Assembly (NCBI GenBank): GCA_035482595.1
Contig: DATHQQ010000423.1
Span: forward strand, 1-26,011
Direction of reading: 5' to 3'
DNA: 26,011 nucleotides
Origin: Verrucomicrobiia bacterium
GTDB taxonomy: Bacteria > Pseudomonadota > Alphaproteobacteria > Dongiales > Dongiaceae
The notes beneath the pieces were generated by a model. The model searched no databases. It was not told the DNA's origin and was given only the letters and a program-made list of their open reading frames with translations. Of the stretch, positions 1-8,935 are shown in pieces (positions within the stretch are counted from its first letter, which is position 1; each line of letters starts with the position of its first letter). A program made the position numbers and the translations under genes.

Positions 1-1
1 C

Positions 2-3000
2 CAGGGCGTGCTGCTGCAGCGCAACGTCGGCTACAAGTCGATCGGCCACGGCTTCTATCTCGAGAGCGGCACCGAGACCGACAACAAGTTCTACTCGAAC
101 CTCGGGATCTTCGCCCGCGCCGCCGCCGTCAACCCGCAGAATCCCCGCGCGCTGCCCGGCATCCTCGCCTACTCGGGACAGTTTTTCAAAAGCTACTACG
201 ATCCCATAAAGAAGGTCGACATCACTGCGGCGCTTCCCGACACAGCATTTCCGTGGCGAAGCGACTACATGTTCCCCACCGTGTTCTGGATCACGAACGG
301 CTGGAACGACTTCATCGGCAATATGGCGGCCGGCGCGGGGGCCTGCGGTGCCTCCTATTGGCTCGTCCCGGCCTGGAATACCGACATGCCCGACGTGAGG
401 ACGTCGAGCAACACGCAGTTCAACACTCACATGAAATGGAACGGCTTCGCCTCCCTGCAGAAGGACCTCTCCTTGGCGGGATCGACCCCGCTCAAGTCGT
501 TCTATGGCAATTTCGCGACTTCGACCATGACCTCGTTCCAGACTGTCGGACAGACGTCGCCCTGCCCCGGCGCAACCTGGCCGAAAGATCCGGCAGCAGG
601 CAATCCCGGCATTTTCCCGGGAGTCACAAGCTTCGCGCCGACACCCGAGGCACCCGCCAATACGGAAGCCGACATGTACTATCCGCATGTCAGCGGCGGC
701 GGCCGGATGGCCACCATGTGCCCCCTCAAAGTCGAGGGTGACCCGAGCAAGGGCTACGACTGCACGCTCTTCACCAGCGGACAGAGATCATCCTGCAACA
801 ACGGCGACCCGCTGAAGAATTGCGCCGTCACCGTGCTCGACCACTTCACCTCCTCCTTCCATTGGGCCCAGACGAATTTCGCGGCGATCTGGCTGCGGCC
901 GCAATGGTATCTGGTCGACAACAGCGTGCTGACCGATGTCCAGAACGGCGGCCTCAGCTTCATCACCAGCGGCACCTATGACCGCTCCGCGGTGGTCGAC
1001 GGCGACTGGGCGGTGGTGAGGACCAGCGTGTTCATCGGCAATACGCAGAAGGAGGGGACAAACTCCTACGCCTCGAACCTCACCCCCTTCCAGCACACCT
1101 TCAAAGAGAACGACGGCTTGCCTTGCCAGAATGGCCGCCAGCCATCCCTCATGTGCGCCAACGCGAACGAGGGCGTCAGCCTTCCGATCGACAATTTCGC
1201 GGTCGGCCAGCGTCTCTTCAACATCTACGACGGGCCGGCCTATCAGGAGTCGAATATCTACCTGGATACAAGTACGGCGGAGTGCAAGGAATGCGTGTAT
1301 TCGCGCATGCCGGGCATCCGAAAGCAGACCAACTCGGACAAGTCGGTCTCTTGCTACCTGCCCAACGCGGCCATCGGATGGAAGCAGCCCAACGGCTTCT
1401 TCTATCCGCCCTCCTTCCACTCGACCAACCTGTTCTTCGACAAAGTCGAGATCCGGCACTACGTCATCGATGCCTTGTTCAAGGTGGGCAGCTACAATGA
1501 CGATACGACGCAGATAATGAATGACTATTGCGACTTCAGCGGCATTTTCCCCAACTTCGGAAACTTCAGCGATATCGACCGGCAGACCGAGCTCAACGAC
1601 GATGACGGCTCGCTGACGGGTCTGACCAACGACGTCAAGGTCCAGACCAAGGACCAGCCGCCAACGACCGAGTCCAAACCGACCGGCACGATATCGGTCA
1701 ACCCGGTCGAATTCTTCAGGGCACCGGTCGAAACGGCGGAATGCCTGTCGAACAGAGGCGTGACGCCGGACAAGGCCTGTCCGATTTCCAACCCGAAGCC
1801 GCCGCCGCCTTTCGTTTTGCCGGCTACGCCGACCCCGGCCGGGGCCAACACCAGCCCCTACGACTACGTCACGACGGTCGTCTTTCCGGAGCTCTGCAAA
1901 GGAGCTTTTCCCGCTGCGGGGACCCCTCGGAAATGCGGCGACGACAACGACAACGTCGGTGGAGTCGTCGAAGTCGGTGGAATCAAGTACACACGCTGGA
2001 CGAAGCTCCTCGGCAGGGCCGGCGACTGGTCGGCGGAATGCACGAATCCGGCCTGCTACGGCGTGCCTCTCTATCGCCAGCTCCTGACCGGCACCAGCGC
2101 TTCGCGCGAGCTGAAAGACTGGAACGCGACCTGCGGCACGATTGAGCTGCGCAAGAAAAACCAGAAGGACTGCCGCTGGCCCTTCGTGCGAATGGGCGGC
2201 CAATCGACCTACCAGCGCAGCTCGCTGACGGTCAATCACGGCACCTATTTCATCGACACCAGCGTCAGCAATGATACGCAAACGAAAAAGGAGGCTTTCA
2301 CGACGACCAAGCCCTGCAACGACCCAAGCGTCCCAGCCGCGGCTGACTGCTCTCCGCGCAGCGTGAATGTGTTCCTTAAGGGTCAGACCTACGACGTGTT
2401 CTTCCTCTTTGCGAAACCCGCGACCAAGCAGACCTACCAGATCTACGTCGGGTCCACGGGCTTTAACCTCGCCAACGATGTCGGAGCCATCCGGCCGGTG
2501 CTCGACACCATGCCGATGCCGAGCATCGAGTCCGTTACCCCCTGGCCCACGAATTGGACGAAGAACTACAACGACAAGGTGGCTTGCGCGACCTTCTTGA
2601 AGCCGGATAAGACGATAGATACGAGCTGCGGCATCCTCCAGGTCACGGTCGATTTCTCGGCCCAGACCGATCTCGATCCGAAAAGCCAGTGCCTGCCGGC
2701 CAACTTCTGCGTGAAATCCGGCAGCACTTGCGGCTGCAGCCTCAAGGCCAGCGATCCGCTGGCCTTGGCCGACCCTGTCCGCATGGATGCCTCGGGCAAA
2801 AACGTACTCTTCGGCGGCATACTGGGCGCTTGCCAGAAGACCTGCAGCCAATGGGCGGTCAAGGATCTGGATTTCCCGGGGAAGGGACCGCTGGGCTTCT
2901 CCTTCAAGATGGCCACCGACCCCGACGACCAAGGCTATCTGCACCGGCCGGTACCGCAGCCCTTCCCCACGACAAGGGATCGGGATCCGAAGAAATTTGA

Positions 3001-3124
3001 CCAACCCGATCCCGACTGGCTGACGATGTTCGCCACCACCGCGGTCCAACCCGATAAGTCGACGGGGGAATGCCACTATTCCAGCATTCCGACTAATGGT
3101 CCTGGCGCTTGCCAGATCCCCTGA
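2..3124 (+). CDS. Large secreted-type beta-helix protein, G8-domain/CEMIP-TMEM2-like (5'-truncated by window edge)
   Basis: Frame open from base 2 (QGVLLQRNVGYKSIGHGFYLESGTETDNKFYSNLG) to TGA 3122-3124. Motifs GHGFYLESGTE..N.FYSNLG, VFWITNGWNDFIGNMAAG, PLKSFYGN, FNIYDGP and NDDDGSLTG occur in the order I recall for CEMIP/TMEM2/PKHD1L1-type proteins. 32 Cys by hand count; Pro-rich linker PKPPPPFVLPATPTP. The G8 domain and signal peptide would lie upstream and are not visible. Confidence 0.75.
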   Translation, partial: QGVLLQRNVGYKSIGHGFYLESGTETDNKFYSNLGIFARAAAVNPQNPRALPGILAYSGQFFKSYYDPIKKVDITAALPDTAFPWRSDYMFPTVFWITNGWNDFIGNMAAGAGACGASYWLVPAWNTDMPDVRTSSNTQFNTHMKWNGFASLQKDLSLAGSTPLKSFYGNFATSTMTSFQTVGQTSPCPGATWPKDPAAGNPGIFPGVTSFAPTPEAPANTEADMYYPHVSGGGRMATMCPLKVEGDPSKGYDCTLFTSGQRSSCNNGDPLKNCAVTVLDHFTSSFHWAQTNFAAIWLRPQWYLVDNSVLTDVQNGGLSFITSGTYDRSAVVDGDWAVVRTSVFIGNTQKEGTNSYASNLTPFQHTFKENDGLPCQNGRQPSLMCANANEGVSLPIDNFAVGQRLFNIYDGPAYQESNIYLDTSTAECKECVYSRMPGIRKQTNSDKSVSCYLPNAAIGWKQPNGFFYPPSFHSTNLFFDKVEIRHYVIDALFKVGSYNDDTTQIMNDYCDFSGIFPNFGNFSDIDRQTELNDDDGSLTGLTNDVKVQTKDQPPTTESKPTGTISVNPVEFFRAPVETAECLSNRGVTPDKACPISNPKPPPPFVLPATPTPAGANTSPYDYVTTVVFPELCKGAFPAAGTPRKCGDDNDNVGGVVEVGGIKYTRWTKLLGRAGDWSAECTNPACYGVPLYRQLLTGTSASRELKDWNATCGTIELRKKNQKDCRWPFVRMGGQSTYQRSSLTVNHGTYFIDTSVSNDTQTKKEAFTTTKPCNDPSVPAAADCSPRSVNVFLKGQTYDVFFLFAKPATKQTYQIYVGSTGFNLANDVGAIRPVLDTMPMPSIESVTPWPTNWTKNYNDKVACATFLKPDKTIDTSCGILQVTVDFSAQTDLDPKSQCLPANFCVKSGSTCGCSLKASDPLALADPVRMDASGKNVLFGGILGACQKTCSQWAVKDLDFPGKGPLGFSFKMATDPDDQGYLHRPVPQPFPTTRDRDPKKFDQPDPDWLTMFATTAVQPDKSTGECHYSSIPTNGPGACQIP

Positions 3125-3293
3125 GCGAGTCGTCTTGGGGAGAGGGTAGCGAAGGTGCGGCGGCGGGCTCGGGCCCGCCGCTCGCCGGCTTCGGGGGCCC
3201 TTGTTGGCGGCTGTAGGCAGTCTCCACGCCGCCGATCCGGAGCCTGCGACCGTCGGGGCGCTCGGGGAGATGCTGCACGAGCGCGCCGCGTCA

Positions 3294-3299
3294 TATAAT
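3294..3299 (+). promoter_or_regulatory. Candidate sigma70 -10 element upstream of gspH
   Basis: Perfect TATAAT in otherwise very GC-rich intergenic DNA, 8 nt before the gspH ATG; no convincing -35 and no Shine-Dalgarno sequence. Confidence 0.4.
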
Positions 3300-3307
3300 A
3301 CGAAGCG

Positions 3308-3793
3308 ATGGAACGGACAGTGCGGCGGTGTGGCCGGCGGGGCGGGGGGAGGCGGTTCTCCGAACGGGGGTTCTCCCTCGTCGAGCTTCTCGTCGTCCTC
3401 GCCATCGTGGCCGCGGTGGCGATCATCGCCTTGCCGAATCTCTTTTCGGGCCTGCCGGGCTTGCAGTTGCGGGGGGCGGCGGACGACATGGCCGCGACGC
3501 TGCGGGACCTGCATGAGACCGCCATCCGCGAGAGGATCACGACCGAGCTGACCCTCGACCCCGCGACGCGGATCTATCGAACATCGAATCTGCCGGCCCC
3601 CCATGCGCTGCCCAAGGTGGTCACGGGCGTGGGCTTCACCACGGCCGCCCTTCGCCCCGACGACACGGTGGCGCGGCTTCGCTTCTATCCCGACGGCACT
3701 TCCAGCGGCGGGACCCTCCGCCTGGAGCACGAGGGCCTCTCTGTGTCCGTCGTCGTCGACTGGCTGACGGGACGGGTATCGAGGCATGACTGA
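3308..3793 (+). CDS. gspH: Type II secretion minor pseudopilin GspH (GspH/FimT family)
   Basis: Basic leader, then class III signal G|FSLVELLVVLAIVAAVAII with E at +5; 161 aa; C-terminal LRFYPDGTSSGG..V.V.WLTGRV typical of GspH; first of four overlapping pseudopilin genes. Confidence 0.88.
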   Translation: MERTVRRCGRRGGGRRFSERGFSLVELLVVLAIVAAVAIIALPNLFSGLPGLQLRGAADDMAATLRDLHETAIRERITTELTLDPATRIYRTSNLPAPHALPKVVTGVGFTTAALRPDDTVARLRFYPDGTSSGGTLRLEHEGLSVSVVVDWLTGRVSRHD

Positions 3794-4184
3794 GCGCGCC
3801 CAGAGCGGCTTCACCCTGATCGAGGTTCTGGTCGCCCTCGCCATCGTCGCCATCGCCTTCGTCGTGGCCCTGGGCATATTCACCGGCGGGCTCTCCCGCC
3901 TCGACCACGACCACAATGTGCAATATGCCCTGCTGGTCGCCCAATCGGAGCTGGCGCGGGTGGGTCAGGATATCGCGCTGCAGGACCGCGAGATCGACGG
4001 CCCGGCAGACAGCCAAGGCGAGGACGGCTTCACATGGCATATCGCCATTGCGCCTTATGGCGGCGGGCCGGGGGGCCTGTTCGGTCATCGCGTCGTGGTC
4101 ACGGTCGGCTGGAACGAGGGCTGGCAGAAGCGCGAGGTGAGGCTCGACACCATCCGGCTCGGCCTCCAGGGAACCGGTTCGTGA
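3786..4184 (+). CDS. gspI: Type II secretion minor pseudopilin GspI
   Basis: G|FTLIEVLVALAIVAIAFVV prepilin motif; 132 aa; 8-nt overlap with gspH; second position in the H-I-J-K order. Confidence 0.88.
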   Translation: MTERAQSGFTLIEVLVALAIVAIAFVVALGIFTGGLSRLDHDHNVQYALLVAQSELARVGQDIALQDREIDGPADSQGEDGFTWHIAIAPYGGGPGGLFGHRVVVTVGWNEGWQKREVRLDTIRLGLQGTGS

Positions 4185-4861
4185 GCCGTCGCTTGCGCGC
4201 CGGAGAGGCCGGCTTCACGCTGATCGAGCTGCTCGTCGCCCTGGTCCTCGTGGCCTTCCTGACGACCCTGGTCTTCGGCGGATTGCGCCTGGCGGTACGG
4301 GCCTGGGCCAGATCCCACGAGAGCGTGGCCCAGGCCGCCGATCTCTGGGCGGTGGAGGGCGTGCTGCGCCGGGCGATCGCGCAAGCCATTCCGGCCTTCG
4401 CATCCGCGCGCAGCGACGATCGCAGGATCGTCTTCGACGGCGATGGCGAGAGCCTAGCGCTGCTGGCGCCCCTGCCCCAGGCCATCGCCGAAGGCATCAC
4501 GGCCCGGATGCGCTTCTTCCTGGCGCCGGACGGGTCGTCGAATGCCCTGATCATGGCCTGGCGCGTCGACCTGCCCGCGGCGGAAAGCGGGCGGGCACTG
4601 AGCGAAGACCGGGTCAAGCTGCTCGACCGCGTGAGCGCGATCCACATCGACTATCTGGGACCGGTCCAGCCCGGCGCCCCGCCGGTCTGGCAATCCAGGT
4701 GGTCGGGGCAGACCCGCCTTCCCGACCTCGTCCGCATCCGTCTCGAGCGCGACGGCACATCGCTGCCCAAATGGCCGGAGCTGACGGCAGAGCCGCAGGG
4801 ACAGCTGATCACGGGCTGCCTCTACGATCCCGTCAGCGGCGACTGCCGGAGGATCCCATGA
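4181..4861 (+). CDS. gspJ: Type II secretion minor pseudopilin GspJ
   Basis: GTG start at 4181 overlaps the gspI stop (GTGA), giving MSRRLRAGEAG|FTLIELLVALVLVAFL; C-terminal WQSRW...LPDLVRIRL and a CLYDPVSGDC Cys pair. The ORF-track start at 4034 is too far upstream. Confidence 0.88.
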   Translation: MSRRLRAGEAGFTLIELLVALVLVAFLTTLVFGGLRLAVRAWARSHESVAQAADLWAVEGVLRRAIAQAIPAFASARSDDRRIVFDGDGESLALLAPLPQAIAEGITARMRFFLAPDGSSNALIMAWRVDLPAAESGRALSEDRVKLLDRVSAIHIDYLGPVQPGAPPVWQSRWSGQTRLPDLVRIRLERDGTSLPKWPELTAEPQGQLITGCLYDPVSGDCRRIP

Positions 4862-5748
4862 CCGGCGAGCCTGTCAATGCCGGTTCCCCGCTCGACCCCG
4901 CGAGGACCGGCGAGGAGGACCGGTTTGCCGGACAGCAGGGCTTCGCCCTGATCACCGTGCTCTTCGCCGTGCTGATCCTGGCCACGATCGCGGCCAGCAT
5001 CATGGCCACGGGGCGCACCGAGAGCCGGCTCTCCCGCACACATCTCGACATGGCCGAGCTCGATGCGGTTGCCGATGCCGCGATCAACATCACCATCCTG
5101 CATCTGCTCGATCCCACGGCCGAGGTAAGGCCGCCGGCCGACGGCACGCCCTTCACGGTCGAGTTCGCCGGCCGGCGGGTTGCCATGGCCGTCCTGGACG
5201 AGTCCGGCAAGATCGACCTCAACATGGCCGATGCCGAGCTGCTACGCCGCCTCCTGGTCGCGGCGGGGGTCGGAGCCGATGCCGCACAACCGCTCGTCGA
5301 CAAGATTCTCGATTGGCGCGAGCCCGGCGAGGGCAAGCGGCTCAACGGCGCGAAGGCCAATGAATACAACGCGGCGGGCATCCTCTACGGCCCCCGCGAC
5401 GGGCCCTTCCAATCCATCGAGGAGCTGCAGCTCGTCCTGGGCATCACGCCGGAATTGTACGCGCGCCTGGCGCCCTCGCTGACCATCTATTCCCAGACGC
5501 CCTGGGTCGATCCGGGGTTTGCGCCGAGAGACGTGCTGACCGCGCTCGCGGGAATGGGCGGCGACCCGGTCTCGACGGTCTTGGCGGAACGCGGCACGGG
5601 CAGCAGCACCGGGGGCGTGATGATCGGGCATGCCTTCACGATCAGCGCCGATATCGAAGGCCCCGACCGGCTGCATGTCGCAAGGACGGCGGTGATCCGG
5701 CTGAGCGGCGCGCCGGGCGCGCCGGTGGGGATCTATCGGTGGCGGTGA
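4858..5748 (+). CDS. gspK: Type II secretion minor pseudopilin GspK
   Basis: ATG at 4858 overlaps the gspJ stop (ATGA); G|FALITVLFAVLILATIA lacks E+5 as expected for GspK; motifs DESGKIDLN, ILDWRE, GPFQSIEELQLVLGITPELYARLAPSLTIYS. Confidence 0.92.
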   Translation: MTGEPVNAGSPLDPARTGEEDRFAGQQGFALITVLFAVLILATIAASIMATGRTESRLSRTHLDMAELDAVADAAINITILHLLDPTAEVRPPADGTPFTVEFAGRRVAMAVLDESGKIDLNMADAELLRRLLVAAGVGADAAQPLVDKILDWREPGEGKRLNGAKANEYNAAGILYGPRDGPFQSIEELQLVLGITPELYARLAPSLTIYSQTPWVDPGFAPRDVLTALAGMGGDPVSTVLAERGTGSSTGGVMIGHAFTISADIEGPDRLHVARTAVIRLSGAPGAPVGIYRWR

Positions 5749-5805
5749 GACGCGCTACCGCTCCTTGTTCCGGGGGCGGGGGGAAGAGAGGAAGTGGAGA
5801 AATTC

Positions 5806-6504
5806 ATGAAGACCATCGGCCTGATCGGCGGCCTCAGCTGGGAGAGCACGGCGATCTACTATCGCCTGCTGAACGAGGCGGTGCGGTGGCGCCTGGGGGG
5901 CTTGCATTCCGCCAGACTCCTGCTGTGGTCCTTTGACTTCGCCGAGATCGAGGCGCTGCAGGCCGCGGGCGATTGGGCGAGCGCGACGGCGCATATGGCA
6001 GACGCCGCCCGGCGCCTGGCGCAAGGTGGGGCGGATTGCCTCGTCATCTGCAGTAATACCATGCATCGCATGGCCGCGGAGGTGGAGGCGGCCGGGGCCC
6101 TGCCCCTCATCCATATCGCCGATGCGACGGCCGCGGCGATCAAGCCCAGCGCCAGCCGCCGGCCGCTCCTGCTCGCCACGCGCTATACCATGGAGCAGCC
6201 CTTCTACAAGGGCCGGCTCCGCGAGCGCCACGGCATCGAGGCGATGGTGCCCGACGACGGCGAGCGCGATACGGTCCACCGCATCATCTTCGAGGAGCTC
6301 TGCCGCGGGATCCTCCGGCCGGAGTCCAAGGCCGCCTATCTGGAGATCGTGGGGCGATGCCGCGCCCGGGGCGCCGATGGCGTCATCTTCGGGTGCACCG
6401 AGATCGGCATGATCCTGGCCGAGCGGGATTTCGACATCCCGGTCTTCGACACCACCCTCCTCCATGCCGAGGCGGCCATCGCCTTCGCCGCGGGCGGCGG
6501 ATAG
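5806..6504 (+). CDS. Aspartate/glutamate racemase family protein (YgeA/RacX-like)
   Basis: MKTIGLIGGLSWEST N-terminus; two catalytic Cys motifs ICSNTMH and GCTEI; GGAGA RBS at 5796-5800 favours the ATG at 5806. Confidence 0.93.
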   Translation: MKTIGLIGGLSWESTAIYYRLLNEAVRWRLGGLHSARLLLWSFDFAEIEALQAAGDWASATAHMADAARRLAQGGADCLVICSNTMHRMAAEVEAAGALPLIHIADATAAAIKPSASRRPLLLATRYTMEQPFYKGRLRERHGIEAMVPDDGERDTVHRIIFEELCRGILRPESKAAYLEIVGRCRARGADGVIFGCTEIGMILAERDFDIPVFDTTLLHAEAAIAFAAGGG

Positions 6505-6515
6505 GCCCGTTCGCG

Positions 6516-6543
6516 TTGCGACTCGCCCCTGCCATGATATAAA
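6516..6543 (+). promoter_or_regulatory. Candidate sigma70 promoter for aroQ-accB-accC
   Basis: TTGCGA (6516-6521) - N16 - TATAAA (6538-6543), followed by AGGAGG (6550-6555) before the TTG start. Confidence 0.45.
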
Positions 6544-6564
6544 CGCCTGAGGAGGCGCGCTTTC

Positions 6565-7023
6565 TTGGCTCGAACCGCAGTGATACTCGTCCTCAACGGA
6601 CCCAATCTCAACCTGCTCGGCACCCGCCAGCCGGAGATCTACGGCCGTGCCAGCCTGGCGGATGTCGAGAAATCCTGCCGCCGGCGCGCCGGCGAGCTCG
6701 GCCTCGGCCTGGAATTCCGCCAGTCCAATCACGAGGGCGAGCTGATCGACTGGATCCAGCAGGCGCGCGGCAAGATGGCCGGCATCGTCATCAACCCGGC
6801 CGGCTACAGCCACAGCTCGGTCGCCTTGCTCGACGCCCTGGTCGCCTCAGACCTGCCGGTGATCGAGGTCCATCTCTCCAATATTTTCAAGCGCGAAGCC
6901 TTCCGCCACCACAGTTTCGTGAGCGAGGCGGCCCGCGGGGTCATCTGCGGCCTCGGCCCCCGGGGCTATGTCCTGGCGCTGGATGCCCTCGCCGACATCA
7001 TCGCAGCCAAGAAGGACGCCTGA
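6565..7023 (+). CDS. aroQ: Type II 3-dehydroquinate dehydratase
   Basis: [61 protein letters not shown]; TTG start with AGGAGG upstream; stop overlaps the accB ATG. Confidence 0.97.
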   Translation: MARTAVILVLNGPNLNLLGTRQPEIYGRASLADVEKSCRRRAGELGLGLEFRQSNHEGELIDWIQQARGKMAGIVINPAGYSHSSVALLDALVASDLPVIEVHLSNIFKREAFRHHSFVSEAARGVICGLGPRGYVLALDALADIIAAKKDA

Positions 7024-7472
7024 TGGCCAAGTTCGATATCGACGAGGCGCTGCTGCGCAAGCTCGCCCAATTGCTGCAAGAGACCGGCCTGACCGAGATC
7101 GAATACGAGAACAACGGTCAGCGCATCCGCGTCAACCGCGGCGGCGGCCAGACGGTCTATACCACGGCGCCCGCGGGCTCGACGGCACCGGCCGGCGGGG
7201 GCGGCAGCGCCTCGACAGCCGCGCCCTCGGGTCCGCCGGCGGGGGCCGTCACCTCGCCCATGGTCGGCACGGCCTATCTGGCCGCCGAGCCTGGGGCCGA
7301 TCCCTTCATCAAGGTCGGCGACAGGGTGAAGAAGGGCCAGACCCTGCTGATCATCGAGGCGATGAAGGTCATGAACCCCATCGCCGCCCCGGAGGCGGGG
7401 GTCGTCGAGGCGATCCTCATCAGCGACGGCCAGCCGGTGGAATACGGCGAGCCGATGCTGGTCCTGCGCTGA
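7023..7472 (+). CDS. accB: Acetyl-CoA carboxylase biotin carboxyl carrier protein
   Basis: SPMVGTAY and IIEAMKVMN biotinylation motif; Ala/Gly/Pro linker; between aroQ and accC. Confidence 0.97.
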   Translation: MAKFDIDEALLRKLAQLLQETGLTEIEYENNGQRIRVNRGGGQTVYTTAPAGSTAPAGGGGSASTAAPSGPPAGAVTSPMVGTAYLAAEPGADPFIKVGDRVKKGQTLLIIEAMKVMNPIAAPEAGVVEAILISDGQPVEYGEPMLVLR

Positions 7473-7476
7473 ACTG

Positions 7477-8820
7477 ATGTTCGAGAAGGTCCTGATCGCA
7501 AATCGCGGCGAGATCGCGCTGCGCATCCATCGCGCCTGCCATGAAATGGGGATCCGGACGGTCGCGGTCCACTCGACGGCCGATGCCGATGCCATGCATG
7601 TGCGCCTCGCCGATGAGAGCGTCTGCATCGGCCCGCCGCCCTCCAAGGCCAGCTATCTGAACATCCCGGCCATCATCTCCGCGGCCACCATCGCCGGGGC
7701 CGATGCCATCCATCCCGGCATCGGCTTCCTGTCGGAGAACGCCAAATTCGCCGCCATGGTCGAGGAGCATGGCATCGCCTTCATCGGCCCCTCGCCCGAG
7801 CATCTCTCGATGATGGGCGACAAGGTCCGCGCCAAGGAGATGGCGGTGGAGCTGGGCCTGCCTATCGTGCCGGGCTCCGAGGGCGCGGTCACCGAGGATG
7901 GCGAGGCCATCGAGGTCGCCGAACGGGTCGGCTATCCCGTGCTGATCAAGGCGGCGGCGGGCGGCGGCGGAAAGGGCATGAAGCTCGCCTATAGCCGGAG
8001 CGAGATGTCGGAATCCCTCAGCCTCGCCCGCAACGAGGCCCGCGCCCATTTCGGCAATGACGCGGTCTATATCGAAAAATATCTCTCCCATCCGCGCCAT
8101 ATCGAGATCCAGGTCCTGGCCGACAGCCACGGCAATGTCGTGCATCTGGGCGAGCGCGACTGCTCCCTGCAGCGCCGCCACCAGAAGGTGCTGGAGGAGG
8201 CCCCCTCCCCCGCCCTCAACGCCGCACAGCGCCAGATGATCGGCGGGGTCGTGGTCGATGCCATGCGCAAGCTCGGCTACCGCAGCGTCGGCACCGTCGA
8301 GTTCCTGTTCCAGGACGGCGAGTTCTATTTCATCGAGATGAACACCCGCCTGCAGGTCGAGCATCCCGTGACCGAGATGATCACCGACCTCGACATCGTG
8401 CGCGAGCAGATCCGGGTCGCCACCGGCGCCCCGCTGGGCTTCACCCAGAAGGACATCATTTTCGCCGGCCATGCCATCGAATGCCGCATCAATGCCGAGG
8501 ACCCCGAGACCTTCATGCCCTCGCCCGGGCTGGTCACCGACTTCCACGCGCCGGGTGGGCTCGGCGTCCGGGTGGATTCGGCCCTCTATGCCGGCTATCG
8601 CGTGCCCTCGCATTACGATAGCCTGATCGCCAAGCTGATCGTGCACGGCAAGACCCGCAACGAATGCCTGATGAGGTTGCGCCGGGCGCTTGAGGAGATC
8701 TTCGTCGGCGGCATCAAGAGCAATATCGAGCTCCACCGCCGGCTAATCGCCGAGCCCGACTTCATCAATGGCGATTACGATATCCGCTGGCTGGAGCGCA
8801 TCGTCGCCGGCGAACATTGA
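7477..8820 (+). CDS. accC: Acetyl-CoA carboxylase biotin carboxylase subunit
   Basis: MFEKVLIANRGEIALRI, KAAAGGGGKGM, ERDCSLQRRHQK, FIEMNTRLQVEHPVTE, YDSLIAKLIV; 447 aa, full length. Confidence 0.98.
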   Translation: MFEKVLIANRGEIALRIHRACHEMGIRTVAVHSTADADAMHVRLADESVCIGPPPSKASYLNIPAIISAATIAGADAIHPGIGFLSENAKFAAMVEEHGIAFIGPSPEHLSMMGDKVRAKEMAVELGLPIVPGSEGAVTEDGEAIEVAERVGYPVLIKAAAGGGGKGMKLAYSRSEMSESLSLARNEARAHFGNDAVYIEKYLSHPRHIEIQVLADSHGNVVHLGERDCSLQRRHQKVLEEAPSPALNAAQRQMIGGVVVDAMRKLGYRSVGTVEFLFQDGEFYFIEMNTRLQVEHPVTEMITDLDIVREQIRVATGAPLGFTQKDIIFAGHAIECRINAEDPETFMPSPGLVTDFHAPGGLGVRVDSALYAGYRVPSHYDSLIAKLIVHGKTRNECLMRLRRALEEIFVGGIKSNIELHRRLIAEPDFINGDYDIRWLERIVAGEH

Positions 8821-8935
8821 GGGCCCGGGGTTGAGGGTCCCGGAACGATACGGCGATAGGACGATCCCGCGATAGCAGGAGGGCCTGACGACGTCGCAGC
8901 GCATTCGCCCGCCGCCCCATGAGATCACCGCGCAG

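Noticed and set aside
788-3916. 1042-aa antisense ORF opposite the CEMIP-like gene and gspH/I
   Set aside because: Arg/Gly/Val-rich shadow translation spanning several real genes and an intergenic gap; no domain signal.
4034-4180. ORF-track N-terminal extensions of gspJ (4034), and similarly gspK (4699), NDUFA12 (11461), nrdJ (12471), RidA (19103) and Sel1 (20622)
   Set aside because: Prepilin motifs, RBS positions and stop/start overlaps support the shorter starts given in the features.
7420-8736. 438-aa antisense ORF opposite accC
   Set aside because: Shadow frame of accC.
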